Below the pieces are notes generated by a model. That model had not been told where the DNA came from, did not search any database, and saw nothing but the letters and a program-made list of their open reading frames with translations. The position numbers and the translations under genes were made by a program. 64,000 nt of DNA from Tubiluchus corallicola (lineage: Eukaryota > Animalia > Priapulida), in the NCBI GenBank assembly GCA_030141605.1, contig JAQGDQ010002372.1, positions 682,001 through 746,000 of the forward strand, written 5' to 3'. Of the stretch, positions 27,797 through 41,171 are shown piece by piece. Positions within the stretch are counted from its first letter, which is position 1. Every line of letters begins with the position of its first letter.

Positions 27797-28050
27797 TCAA
27801 TAGCAAATACCTAATGGCACATTAGAAGCTATCAACCACCTACGAAAAGAACAAAGAATGAGAGTAAAAAATGCAATGTTTAACAAATAGAGGAGTGATG
27901 CCAATGTGGAGTCTTCCAAGCAGAGAAGATGAAGCATACCCAACAGCATCTTAAGACTACATTCTACCTTTTATTCACTTTTTATTCATTTAAAAAAACC
28001 TGTCCACATCCTCAGACCTACTAATAATATCACTAACAAGTAATTACAGT

Positions 28051-28728
28051 CAGGGACGTTACCTCTGATAATTGCACTTTCGGTTCAGTTTTGTTTTTGT
28101 CGAAAATTATTAAGTTTTGTAGCCGAAACTTTCGGTAATTTTCGGCAGCATTTTTCAGGGTTTTAGTAGTATTTATCCAGCTTACCTTTTTTTGTCCTAG
28201 ATGTTAAAAATCACTGACAAATTTTGGCTAAAATAGTTCAAATAAAGCGTGAATATCATTTATTTAACCTTTTTAACCATTTACAGATGCTTTTTACAGC
28301 AACATGGCATATCTCAGGGCTGACAACTGTGATATTCAGGTCTCCAGGCACAATCAGCCAAAATATAAAAGCGTAATTTGAATAAAATCAAGTTTAATTT
28401 TATAATTACAAAATATAGGCAACAAAATATTTACAAAATAACATTTGTCAATTTCTTTGAAGCTTCATGATCTTTGATCTTTAGCCATAAACACTGTTCT
28501 ACTTTTCTGGTTAGGATTTTTTGTTTAGCTACTTCAACAAGCTTGTACCAAAGGAAATATAAGCAAACAAGCAAAAACAAAGTGTTTTAATTATTTCAGA
28601 TTTTTTTCAGTTTTCATAGTAGTTGGCTCTGCAAAAATGACTTTGGTTCAGTTTCCTTTTGGTATAGGTTTCCTGCATTTCATAAATTTTGGTTTCGGTT
28701 TGTAATTTCAGTTTCAGTAACATCCCTG
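28051..28728. mobile_element. hAT-superfamily MITE, 678 bp
   Basis: 12-bp TIRs CAGGGACGTTAC / GTAACATCCCTG (1 mismatch). Perfect 8-bp TSD ATTACAGT at 28043-28050 and 28729-28736. Subterminal TTTCGG/CCGAAA repeats. Confidence 0.9.
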
Positions 28729-29729
28729 ATTACAGTCGGACAGTACCTAAACAGTATGAAGTTACTACTTAATAAATTATATTAACGACTGAAGTTAATT
28801 TTGACATCTTTATCATTATAATAAAAGACAATTTATTGCTTATCCTCATAGATAATAATATCACTAAGTAATCTGTAGGTAGGCTACAGTACTATTACCG
28901 GCAAAAGTTAGCACCGCCATGCTAGAGTGTACCCTCTTGCTATCATTGCATGCTTTCTTGATAGGTCTTGACATTTTTGCGTATTTTTGTGCCAATACTT
29001 TGCTAAAATGGTGATAAATTATTGTGCCTTCTGTTGCACAATGGAGTCAAAGCCAAAGAATGTGACATTACCTTTCACTGATAACATATTTTTTATTTGG
29101 CAAGTTTGGCACTTTGTTTGGTTTGCATAATTAATCGCACTTTGCATAATCTCATGTCTCTTCTTTGTTGCTGCATACGCATAATAAAATATTTTTTGTT
29201 AGGCATATTTTCTGCCTGATACATCTGTTATAATATAACTATATACCTGCTATGCTACTATGGGGAGACATCCTTAGAACTGATAATGTAAACATATTTT
29301 TCTGGTTAATAAAACCTGAAAATGGTTAAAAGTTCGGTAAATTATAAAGAAAATATTTTCCTATCATAAACCAGCAGTTATTCGTGTGTCAACAGGGGAA
29401 TATATGCTGCTGCTTTAATAGCAAAAATAGGTCGATGCTGCGTTCACGCAAAGGAACAAAAGTATAACTCATCCCACCGCGCGTTGCGTACATCCACCGA
29501 TAGTTGTTTGAGTGAGTATAGCTTAACTAGCTTTACCTAGTAAAATATTATCTTTGACTATCCTATCTCTTTAAAAAAAACGCGATATTTACTTCAGTTT
29601 GTTCAATTCTTGGTTAAATTTAAACAAATAGTATACGGCAGGAACATAATAATTTCTGCATGTGAGCCGCCATGACAGAAAAACCTTCGCCACCTGTTGT
29701 AGACTTGTACAATCGCTCGGAAGAGTGAT

Positions 29730-30350
29730 TCTCACACTTTTTCGCAGCTTTGATTTGCTTTTACACACTTAACCTCCTTTTTTATTTCTTTTTTCTATTG
29801 TGACTTCAATAAGCTTTGCATTCTTTCAAAATTTATACCTAAATCATACACACTTATAACTTCTCTAATTTCTGTCCTCCAACTTCTGGGAATGTTTAAA
29901 TCACATAATATTATACAAAATAGCATCTTTCAGCACTTCTTTTATTATCAGATAACAGCACACTTCGGTACCACATTAATTCTTTATAATGTGTTATTTG
30001 CCTTAAAAGCCATACTGCCCAGATCATCATTCCTCCTCAGTAGCTCGTAGATATTTTCTGTTTTATCATACGTTTTGGGGCTACTTTCTGCCATTTTTAT
30101 ACTTTCTTCATTGTTTGTTTCTATCAATTCACCTCCATATTGAAAATTAAACTAGGATCATTGTTGTTGTGTCGTACAATAACCACCCTACTTTTATAGG
30201 CTCAGTTCATTCAGCATCAGATCGAGCTACTCCGATTCATAATACATGTATCATCATATTTTATTATGCCATGATGCTCCACTTTCTTACTTCTTTTCTC
30301 GCAGACATGTTATAACTTCCTGTTCCATTGATGTATTCAGGCCTATTTAT
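29730..30350 (-). mobile_element. Possible degenerate LINE ORF2 C-terminal relic
   Basis: The minus strand is purine-rich and gives stop-broken peptides such as DLNIPRSWRTEIREVISVYDLGINFERMQSLLKSQ*KKEIKKEVK, resembling the post-RT region of non-LTR elements. Confidence 0.3.
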
Positions 30351-31609
30351 ATACGGCTGCCATTTTTAATTTTTGCTTTTTTAATATTAAATACGTCAAC
30401 ACCTTTTATCTGGCTTTACTGACTACCATCTTTTGTGATTTTTCACAATTAATGTAAGACAGCACAGGTAAATTTAAAGCCTTTAATCCTGTATGACATG
30501 TATGTACGTGTTGAGATCCACGATCAAATTCCCAAGTACCCAGCTTATGCTGCTATATATTATTATTGTTGTTGCTGTTGTTGTCGTTGTCATTGTTAAC
30601 TAGTTGTTGTTGTTAACTTATCGTTGCTGTTTTGGAAAAAGCTAATTTTATAATTTTAAAATTTAATTATTAATGTTAGTTCAGTTAATTTACATTAAAA
30701 TTTGCTGTACGAAAATGCAGTATTCAAACAGTGCTAACTGCTAAGGTGTTACAAACGTACACTATTATAATTATTATTAAAATGGTACATTACTGATACT
30801 TTTTGAGGCTCTATAACTTTTAACTTTTTTAAAAAAATGATAAAATTTATAATTACTTTACATTAGTCTTTGCAAAAATACGTCTTCGAACTGTAAAGCC
30901 TACGTTAAAACTTTTCTTTTGCAGGGTCTGACTGCTTAGCCTTAGAAAAACGTCATTCAGTCCTGTTTAAAGGATTTCTAAGTATCGTATCGAGTAAGCC
31001 TACATATGCTACGTATTTAGCTTTATGTTATCATATTATTCATAGAGAAGTTGATGTTGACTTTGACAAATTTTTTACCAAATTTATCTTGCAATAGAAC
31101 AAGGCAGAATCATTCTGTGAAGCTTTTCGTGCATCGAAGAGCTAAAGTATCATTTGGCTAATTTTTCTCAAATCAAGTTGTAGCGATTTTGAACTCATTG
31201 CCTGCATATGTTGATGGTGGCCCTTCGTAACTGCACAAAATATTAAGTTATTTAAAAGTCGTTTATATAAAGCTAGCTTGCGTAAAATCCTTGTACACAA
31301 TAGGCAGTTCGTCTGTTTGTGTCTTTACCACACTCTTGTAAATTATATTTGTATGTTTTTTGCTAACGTGTTTTACATATATTGTTTTTATTGTATACTG
31401 TATTTTACTATTGGGTGTGAATAAAATAAATAAATAAATAAATAAATAAGCTATATAGTAACCTTTTACGTATGAGGTAATTATTAAAATCATATAGACC
31501 GAGTATCTGGCACTCATATGTAGGCGTCGAAACAAATGCAAATTGAAAAGAAATATTAACCATTTTGCGAGCACCGTACCTTTGTACATATAGCTTCCGA
31601 GTTTGTATT

Positions 31610-32524
31610 TGTTGGGAGCCGTTTGGACCACTGCGCCAAGTAGACCACTTGATGCGCTAAAAGTAGTGTCCTACATGGGCAGCCCAAGTAGGACACTAGC
31701 GATTTTTGTCGAGAAACTTGCTCTGGCAAAACTTGTTTCCAGTTTATATTACCATTGTTTATAAGTATTGTTATGACATAATAAAGCATAAAACAAAATT
31801 TCTTTTAGAAATGGATATTCCTTGGCAATTTGCAAATGCATTTCTTACAATAATTTCATCATTATGATTAACTCCATTAATATATCATAACATTAAACCT
31901 AGTATCTAATGCTTTAAAGAGAGAAATTCTGCACACAGTTATTACAGAAATAATTGCAAATTTAAAAATGAGACAGATGCTGCTAAGCCTTCACAACACC
32001 AAAAAGTAATTTTTAACATTTAAGAAAAGCAAGGATAATTAGTTTTAATATTATCAGTAGTATTGTAACATGTAGGGCACTGTCCTACATGGCTCGCTAG
32101 CCCATGTAGGACACATAGATCGCTAGAACGTTTATTTATAAGAAAACAATTATTTGCCCAAGAGGTAGTGAAACGGATCACCTGTTTGTGAAGTGAGACA
32201 AAATCAAAAATGATATACCTTAAACAAATGTTGAATTCGCAAAAAAGTGGGGTTTTTTCACTTCAACAACATTAATATCGAAACCAAATTTAATATTGTC
32301 CGTTCTACCAGCTCAGAATAAAATTCTTTTATTTTATTAGATGTATAATAAATTATTCAACGTGTATTAACGTTTTTAATTATTATTATTACATAAACAA
32401 GCACAACGGACGGTGTCAGTACACTTAACGACTGAATTCACGACCTGTCTCTAGTGTCCTACTTGGGCTAGCCCAAGTAGACCAATTGGTCTACTTGGCG
32501 CAGTGGTCCAAACGGCTCCCAACA
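31610..32524. mobile_element. Non-autonomous TIR element (915 bp) with TGT...ACA ends and 5-bp TSD, Ginger2/TDD-like
   Basis: Perfect 38-bp TIRs TGTTGGGAGCCGTTTGGACCACTGCGCCAAGTAGACCA (31610-31647; inverted 32487-32524). TSD GTATT at 31605-31609 and 32525-32529. Three internal palindromes built on GTCCTAC(A/T)TGG. The superfamily assignment is inferred from the termini and TSD length. Confidence 0.88.
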
Positions 32525-34383
32525 GTATTTATTTTGTGACTGATGACTGACTGTTAGTCATCTTGAGAGCAAATTGAAATCGATGCAGTTATTTTATCGT
32601 TTTTGTGATTTTTGCTTGTTTTAGAATTATTACGTAGTTTGACTAATCTAGATTTTGTGCTGTTTATGGTAATTAAGTTAAATTAAAAGTTAAGTGTAAG
32701 TACTATGTGCGGATTCGCCATAAATTTTGTTTAATGGTTAAATTTATAGGGTATGCGAGATTACTTATTTGGTATCATTGTGTGAACTACATTCAGTCCT
32801 TTGTAAAAATGTAACCAAATAGTCTGTAATATTATTTTTAGGAAATAAATAACTTACTTATATAAGGAGTGTCATAATAAGTTATTGCACCACACATTTC
32901 TTTAAATTTTCTCCTTGTCATCCTGATTTTGTGCTAATAAAAGGATGTTTTTGTATTTTCTCTTTCCACTGCTCAACTGCAAGTAAGTAGTGACTACACA
33001 TTGCTTGTTGTTAGTAATTAACGAATTATGTTAATTACTTCGTCTCTCCGTTACTTGTCCTTCTGTTACTAAAAAGTGCAAAATTACTTTTTAATTTTTG
33101 ATTCTATAATTCTTAGAGACTAGCATTTTCTTAAAAAGAAAAGTGTGTTGCTGCCAGGGCCGGCTCTACTGCTCGACAAACTAGACAGTTACCTAGGACG
33201 TCAAGCAGTTCTTTAATTTTTAAGTCTAGCATAAGTATTAATACTATTCATGTGAAATTTTAAGTACACAACACCTTAACCAAATGAACCAAACTACATC
33301 ATTTTTGGATTTCCTGTCAAAATGTAAGATTCATCGATGCTAGCAAGTATTTTTCCTAAGACTACGTCACACACTACTGATGCTTTTCTCTGCTTTCTGC
33401 TTGCAGTTTCTATCGTATGCATACAGCTGCAGGAAGTGCATATAGTAATGATTTTTCTGTTAAAAAAGTTTTTTTATATAGCAAATAAACTTATAAGAAT
33501 CAAAGTCTTCAGTTTACTAAATTGCAAGGAACAACAAGTTTATAGTAACACAGTGTAGAGTGACTATGATGTTAATTTAGTCCCTCAATCCATTACTTTA
33601 TAGCATAACCTAGCAACTCTTAAGCACATTGTTCTAGGAGGGTTTATACTTTCATTCAGGTGCCACAGTCTCTCTATTACTGCTTGAGTTTGCCCACATA
33701 TAAGTACAGCGAGGGTTCCTAGTGGGACGCCACTTTTTTCCTCGATTTTTATTTTTTCGCAAGACGTGTGCTTGGCACTAAATTCGAAGTGTTTCAATGC
33801 TAGCGAAACACAAATTTATCATACCATTTATAAAACAAGCCTGTTAAAACAAGGCTTCTGAATATTACAAGGAAATTCCAAAGCCCGCTAAGTCTTAGTC
33901 TTAAATAATGTATTTAAACCGTGCTTACAGCAAGCTCTGATATTACAAAATATTGCTTATTATCAGGGAATTTTCTGGCCCCATGATTGTATTTACCCTG
34001 CATATAACGAGCGCGAGTTCCAAAACACTGTGTTATGTGTATCAACTGTCAAGTACAGCACAATCATTCAGATGTGCTGGTGAGTCAACAGCTTAGTACA
34101 AACGCTGCTGTAATTATAACCTATAGACTGCAGGTAGAATGAAGCGAGCAGGATGAGTCAGAAAAACAACAAGTTTGTCAACGTGTTAGGAAGCTATCAG
34201 ATGACAGTAAACAGTCAACTTGACAGCTCCTTAAATAAAGTGTTGCAAATTTAATGTGATGCAGACAACAACGACCAAAGCTGTTCTGCTTTGCAAAATA
34301 AATAATTCTGAGACTTTGCAAAGTTTAATTTTTAATAAAAATACCATTTTAAAATAGCACAGTGCTTTTATTTATAATTAAAG

Positions 34384-34591
34384 GAGTGTAGAGTTAATTA
34401 TTAGACAACGTTTCAGCCCATGATGAAATGCTCATAATCAGTTATACTAAGCCTGTGCAGCTATTTAAATAAAAAAAAAACCAGCTTGCTAGAGTGCAGA
34501 GTTAATTATTAGGCAATGTTTCAGCCCATGATGAAATGCTCATAATCAGTTATACTAAGCCTGTACAGCTATTTAAATAAAAAAACCAGCT
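34384..34591 (+). repeat. Two-copy tandem repeat of about 108 bp (also at 39272-39479)
   Basis: gagtg(t/c)agagttaattattag...gtttcagcccatgatgaaatgctcataatcagttatactaagcctgt(g/a)cagctatttaaataaaaa...ccagct starts at 34384 and again at 34492. Confidence 0.9.
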
Positions 34592-35611
34592 ATGCTTTCC
34601 GCCCACGCAGACATCCAGGCTCTTGCGCCGTTAACACCCACACAAAGCACTCAAATGTCTGCAAATGTCGCAATGAATGACAGTTGTGGTTTAGAAAAAC
34701 AACTCGCTCAGTACTTTTATGCAGGTATTTATTGCATAAAATACTGCCTCTGTAATAGAAATAATAGAGTTTAGAGTTTACTCTTTCATGATGAAATATT
34801 TGCTGAACAGTGGCACTCATTAGAAAACTTATGCCAGTCTCAAAAGAAAGTGCTATGTCATCGTTTCATATCAGCCTTATGGGTTTCATTTCTATATAGC
34901 ACACCCACTCACTCGGACAATTTGCCTCGGCTATAACGAGACTCTGTTATAGCGAGCAAATTTCGGCAGTCCCTTGAAACTCGTTATAAATGGAATATAC
35001 TCTATTTGTATCTTCCTAGTCAGTAGTGGATTTTAACAGCAAGTCTACCAGGGTCAGTGGACCTTTAATTGATAAAAGACTGTGCTCGATAATGTATTTT
35101 CTTTATCGGCAAAAGGCAGTATAAATTATTAATACTAAAGGGGCATTAGTTTTAAATTCAACTCTTTTTCCTAAGTTGGTTCACATTTTTGTTTTGAGTT
35201 TTTTCCTTTATGTTAATCCCATTACTGCATGCAATTTGGGAGCACATCCACAAGTATAACCAGAAAAGGATCAAAAGTCAAAACCAGTGACTGTGGCATC
35301 TAGTGAGCCTTCTAATAAAGGCTAATTACAAGTCCAACAATTTATTTTAGTTAAGTATATTCGACTTAAGTCAACGATGTTTACGATATGCATGCCCATT
35401 AAGCTGATATAATTGTGTTGTATAAATTAAGTTTACTGTCACTCCGATACACATTTTTGTATGTATTAAATACTTAACTTTTATCAGTTGTGCAGAATAA
35501 TCTTTTAGAAAACTGATTTACATGCTTTTGCATTTGAGTAGGAATGTTTGTAACCAATAGTTTTATATTTACAGATACATTTGCAAGTAAAAGTTTTCTA
35601 CCACTGTCAAA

Positions 35612-36283
35612 ATGGATTGGTTATTTGGTCGAAGGAAAACACCAGAAGAAATGCTGAGGCAAAACCAGCGTGCCCTCAATAAAGCCATGAGAGAATTAGA
35701 CCGTGAGCGTACAAAAATGGAACAATCAGAAAAGAAGATTATAGCTGATATAAAGAAAATGGCTAAGCAAGGACAAATGGATGCAGTTAAAATAATGGCA
35801 AAGGACCTGGTTCGAACTCGTCGTTATTGTAAAAAATTTATGTTGATGAGAGCAAATATTCAGGCTGTGTCACTCAAAATTCAAACATTGAAATCGACAA
35901 ATTCCATGGCTCAAGCTATGAAAGGTGTTACAAAAGCAATGACAAATATGAACAAGCAAATGAAGCTGCCTCAAATTCAAAAGATTATGATGGAATTTGA
36001 AAAGCAGTCTGAAATTATGGATATGAAAGAGGAGATGATGGCTGATGTAATCGATGATGCAATGGGCGATGAGGAAGATGAAGAAGAAAGTGACGCTGTT
36101 GTTGCACAAGTATTGGATGAACTTGGTCTGCAAATGACAGATGAACTTTCCTCACTCCCACAGGCAGCTGGATCACTGAAAGCATCAACACTGCCAGGAG
36201 CACAACAGCCTGTGGCAGCCGGAGGAACTCCTGATGCAGATGATGATCTACAAGCCAGATTAAATAATCTCAGGAGAGAGTGA
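35612..36283 (+). CDS. CHMP2A: Charged multivesicular body protein 2A (ESCRT-III, Vps2), copy 1, single coding exon, 223 aa
   Basis: MDWLFGRRKTPEEMLRQNQRALNKAMRELDRER...MAKDLVRTRRY...NIQAVSLKIQTLKS...C-terminal MIM1-like DDDLQARLNNLRRE. A splice acceptor (tttacag) ends at 35573, upstream of the ATG. Confidence 0.97.
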   Translation: MDWLFGRRKTPEEMLRQNQRALNKAMRELDRERTKMEQSEKKIIADIKKMAKQGQMDAVKIMAKDLVRTRRYCKKFMLMRANIQAVSLKIQTLKSTNSMAQAMKGVTKAMTNMNKQMKLPQIQKIMMEFEKQSEIMDMKEEMMADVIDDAMGDEEDEEESDAVVAQVLDELGLQMTDELSSLPQAAGSLKASTLPGAQQPVAAGGTPDADDDLQARLNNLRRE

Positions 36284-39200
36284 AAGTAATCTATTTCTAC
36301 TTTGCATTATGTGAAAATAAAACAGCCTTTGACAACTGGAGTCAAGTTTTTATTTACTGAGAATAGTTAGGTTACTTGTAGATTCGGATATAAAAATTCT
36401 GTCAGGTACAGTCAAAGACTTCAATTTTACGGTATTCTTGTGTCGCCAAATTGTCATTATCTGCAATTATGAAACTTGTTTTACATAATGTACATTACTG
36501 AGTAAACAACATAAACAGCATTTCCTTGTGTGCATTATACTCTGCATGTCGGTATGGCACCATATTGAAAGATTAAGTTGTAAAAATGTGATATATTAAT
36601 TAGTTTTTATATGACCAACATTGAACTCTGATAGCTAATGCATTGATATTGACATGCTAGTCTGAATTTTTTTTGTTGTTGTCTTCATCAGTCAAGTTCG
36701 GATTATTTCAGTGTAATGTCATGTCTTATCATCAACACCATGTGAACAATTTCTTCAAATTTGTTTATTTGGTTTTCATATGTGTGCTCAACAAACCAAA
36801 ACTGTCCATAAGTTGGCATAGTTCAAGCTATGTTACAATGACTCAAAATAACATGTAGAAAAATTGGGTCAATATCAGTTATTTTTACAAAAATAAACGC
36901 TAAATTTACTGGGCTTCATAACTGTAACTGCAGTGTTCTTTTACAAAGTCCACTTTTAGCAACCACTTTTCCATACGTTGATAGTGTTTTTGTAGAAATG
37001 TGACAAAAAAATGGCAAACTTCAGGACCGCTTTTGTCAAAATAATGTTTTTCATGATGCAGCATGCACCTCAACGTTGACATCTGTGCTTAGAAATAATG
37101 TAGAGTAATGGCCAATGAGCTAGGTATCAAAGTGGAAAATCAGGAAGTGTGAATAACTAGGAATGCCTACCTGCCGACTTATGGACGTTTTTCCTATGCA
37201 AACAGGATTGTGAACAAGTCAGTAGTTGATACCTTATATGCATAGTCTCATCAACAGAAACCAATGCATATAGTGTTGCATAGCCTGGTTAATTTTTTCC
37301 TGGCCAGTTTGTTACTAAACAGTGTATGTCTTTCTCTAAGCAACATACCACATTAAAGGTGTATGTATGAAACATCAGTGTTGAGGTTAAAATTATCACT
37401 CCTGTTCATTAGACCTTTGGTTTTGAAATTATTTCTACATGCAGTTATTTTTAATTATTAATCATGTATGTGTATATGGTTAAAAATTAGTTTTATTTGA
37501 TTCATTCTTTTAGATAAAACTGATCTAATAATTAGAAAATTTGTAAATTTAGCAAATAAAAAATGTAATAATTTTCAGTTGAATGATGTGGGTTTACTGT
37601 GGTAACGACTTTAGGTGAGAAAGCCAATTTTTAATGGCTTCAGTCTTCTAACCAGTAAGAGTGAACATTGTTAAAAATTTAGTGTAGAAAAATTTTATTC
37701 AAATAGTTATAGCTGGAATTGTAGAGTAACCTAGTGGCGCAACAGCTGTCGCTGTGTATGATAACCAGCATTAGCAATCAGTTGAAATTTCGATTCAATT
37801 GAAAATTATTTCGATCTTAGTTATGTAATGAAATGTCTCATAAAGTGCATTTTACATGTAAACTTTATACTGAGTAACACTCCTGAGTGAAAGCCCACAA
37901 AGTAAATACTGAGATAAGTTCAACATTTATTTGCAGTTGTACAGTGTACAACGTTACCTACGATTACAATTGCAATTCCTGGTAATAGCACTGCAAAAAG
38001 TAGCCCATGTCCAGTGGCTGTTTGTTCCTAGCTGCTTTCTTCAGTAATATTTGGATTTACTTACATTCCATTTCTTTCTTACATGCTTAGCATTACAGTG
38101 GCTGAGTCATCATAATAGAACAGCTAACTACTGTGTAGGCTGCTGGGTGTCAGTGTGGAGAATCTAGGTAACCATTGAAACAGCAAGGCATGAAAATCAT
38201 TAAACATGACTAATGAAGGAACATATTTTCGTAATTTAGTGATAAAATACATTTATTACCACTGGTATACTCAATCACTTGAAGCAAAATGTCTTCATTC
38301 GTCTTTAAACATAACTTATCTGGATAAAAACAATCAGTCACAAACCAATTTTTTCTTTTTTTTATATAGCAAATAAACTTATAAGAATCAAAGTCTTCAG
38401 TTTACTAAATTGCAAGGAACAACAAGTTTATAGTAACACAGTGTAGAGTGACTATGATGTTAATTTAGTCCCTCAATCCATTACTTTATAGCATAACCTA
38501 GCAACTCTTAAGCACATTGTTCTAGGAGGGTTTATACTTTCATTCAGGTGCCACAGTCTCTCTATTACTGCTTGAGTTTGCCCACATATAAGTACAGCGA
38601 GGGTTCCTAGTGGGACGCCACTTTTTTCCTCGATTTTTATTTTTTCGCAAGACGTGTGCTTGGCACTAAATTCGAAGTGTTTCAATGCTAGCGAAACACA
38701 AATTTATCATACCATTTATAAAACAAGCCTGTTAAAACAAGGCTTCTGAATATTACAAGGAAATTCCAAAGCCCGCTAAGTCTTAGTCTTAAATAATGTA
38801 TTTAAACCGTGCTTACAGCAAGCTCTGATATTACAAAATATTGCTTATTATCAGGGAATTTTCTGGCCCCATGATTGTATTTACCCTGCATATAACGAGC
38901 GCGAGTTCCAAAACACTGTGTTATGTGTATCAACTGTCAAGTACAGCACAATCATTCAGATGTGCTGGTGAGTCAACAGCTTAGTACAAACGCTGCTGTA
39001 ATTATAACCTATAGACTGCAGGTAGAATGAAGCGAGCAGGATGAGTCAGAAAAACAACAAGTTTGTCAACGTGTTAGGAAGCTATCAGATGACAGTAAAC
39101 AGTCAACTTGACAGCTCCTTAAATAAAGTGTTGCAAATTTAATGTGATGCAGACAACAACGACCAAAGCTGTTCTGCTTTGCAAAATAAATAATTCTGAG

Positions 39201-40499
39201 ACTTTGCAAAGTTTAATTTTTAATAAAAATACCATTTTAAAATAGCACAGTGCTTTTATTTATAATTAAAGGAGTGTAGAGTTAATTATTAGACAACGTT
39301 TCAGCCCATGATGAAATGCTCATAATCAGTTATACTAAGCCTGTGCAGCTATTTAAATAAAAAAAAAACCAGCTTGCTAGAGTGCAGAGTTAATTATTAG
39401 GCAATGTTTCAGCCCATGATGAAATGCTCATAATCAGTTATACTAAGCCTGTACAGCTATTTAAATAAAAAAACCAGCTATGCTTTCCGCCCACGCAGAC
39501 ATCCAGGCTCTTGCGCCGTTAACACCCACACAAAGCACTCAAATGTCTGCAAATGTCGCAATGAATGACAGTTGTGGTTTAGAAAAACAACTCGCTCAGT
39601 ACTTTTATGCAGGTATTTATTGCATAAAATACTGCCTCTGTAATAGAAATAATAGAGTTTAGAGTTTACTCTTTCATGATGAAATATTTGCTGAACAGTG
39701 GCACTCATTAGAAAACTTATGCCAGTCTCAAAAGAAAGTGCTATGTCATCGTTTCATATCAGCCTTATGGGTTTCATTTCTATATAGCACACCCACTCAC
39801 TCGGACAATTTGCCTCGGCTATAACGAGACTCTGTTATAGCGAGCAAATTTCGGCAGTCCCTTGAAACTCGTTATAAATGGAATATACTCTATTTGTATC
39901 TTCCTAGTCAGTAGTGGATTTTAACAGCAAGTCTACCAGGGTCAGTGGACCTTTAATTGATAAAAGACTGTGCTCGATAATGTATTTTCTTTATCGGCAA
40001 AAGGCAGTATAAATTATTAATACTAAAGGGGCATTAGTTTTAAATTCAACTCTTTTTCCTAAGTTGGTTCACATTTTTGTTTTGAGTTTTTTCCTTTATG
40101 TTAATCCCATTACTGCATGCAATTTGGGAGCACATCCACAAGTATAACCAGAAAAGGATCAAAAGTCAAAACCAGTGACTGTGGCATCTAGTGAGCCTTC
40201 TAATAAAGGCTAATTACAAGTCCAACAATTTATTTTAGTTAAGTATATTCGACTTAAGTCAACGATGTTTACGATATGCATGCCCATTAAGCTGATATAA
40301 TTGTGTTGTATAAATTAAGTTTACTGTCACTCCGATACACATTTTTGTATGTATTAAATACTTAACTTTTATCAGTTGTGCAGAATAATCTTTTAGAAAA
40401 CTGATTTACATGCTTTTGCATTTGAGTAGGAATGTTTGTAACCAATAGTTTTATATTTACAGATACATTTGCAAGTAAAAGTTTTCTACCACTGTCAAA

Positions 40500-41171
40500 A
40501 TGGATTGGTTATTTGGTCGAAGGAAAACACCAGAAGAAATGCTGAGGCAAAACCAGCGTACCCTCAATAAAGCCATGAGAGAATTAGACCGTGAGCGTAC
40601 AAAAATGGAACAATCAGAAAAGAAGATTATAGCTGATATAAAGAAAATGGCTAAGCAAGGACAAATGGATGCAGTTAAAATAATGGCAAAGGACCTGGTT
40701 CGAACTCGTCGTTATTGTAAAAAATTTATGTTGATGAGAGCAAATATTCAGGCTGTGTCACTCAAAATTCAAACATTGAAATCGACAAATTCCATGGCTC
40801 AAGCTATGAAAGGTGTTACAAAAGCAATGACAAATATGAACAAGCAAATGAAGCTGCCTCAAATTCAAAAGATTATGATGGAATTTGAAAAGCAGTCTGA
40901 AATTATGGATATGAAAGAGGAGATGATGGCTGATGTAATCGATGATGCAATGGGCGATGAGGAAGATGAAGAAGAAAGTGACGCTGTTGTTGCACAAGTA
41001 TTGGATGAACTTGGTCTGCAAATGACAGATGAACTTTCCTCACTCCCACAGGCAGCTGGATCACTGAAAGCATCAACACTGCCAGGAGCACAACAGCCTG
41101 TGGCAGCCGGAGGAACTCCTGATGCAGATGATGATCTACAAGCCAGATTAAATAATCTCAGGAGAGAGTGA
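40500..41171 (+). CDS. CHMP2A: CHMP2A copy 2 (A21T relative to copy 1), 223 aa
   Basis: Intact ORF identical to copy 1 except codon 21 GCC>ACC. It lies in the second unit of the 4888-bp duplication. Confidence 0.9.
   Translation: MDWLFGRRKTPEEMLRQNQRTLNKAMRELDRERTKMEQSEKKIIADIKKMAKQGQMDAVKIMAKDLVRTRRYCKKFMLMRANIQAVSLKIQTLKSTNSMAQAMKGVTKAMTNMNKQMKLPQIQKIMMEFEKQSEIMDMKEEMMADVIDDAMGDEEDEEESDAVVAQVLDELGLQMTDELSSLPQAAGSLKASTLPGAQQPVAAGGTPDADDDLQARLNNLRRE

Noticed and set aside
30990-31110. Peptide HIIHREVDVDFDKFFTKF resembling a hAT C-terminus; isolated CAGGGCCGGCTCTA hAT-like end at about 33155
   Set aside because: Too short and degenerate, with no paired TIR or TSD found.
33585-34820. Small ORFs (70, 76, 60 aa) repeated at 38473-39708
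   Set aside because: They recur only because of the segmental duplication. The region looks like a decayed Tigger-type MITE (CTCGTTATAA motifs near 34930-35000) whose left end I could not define.
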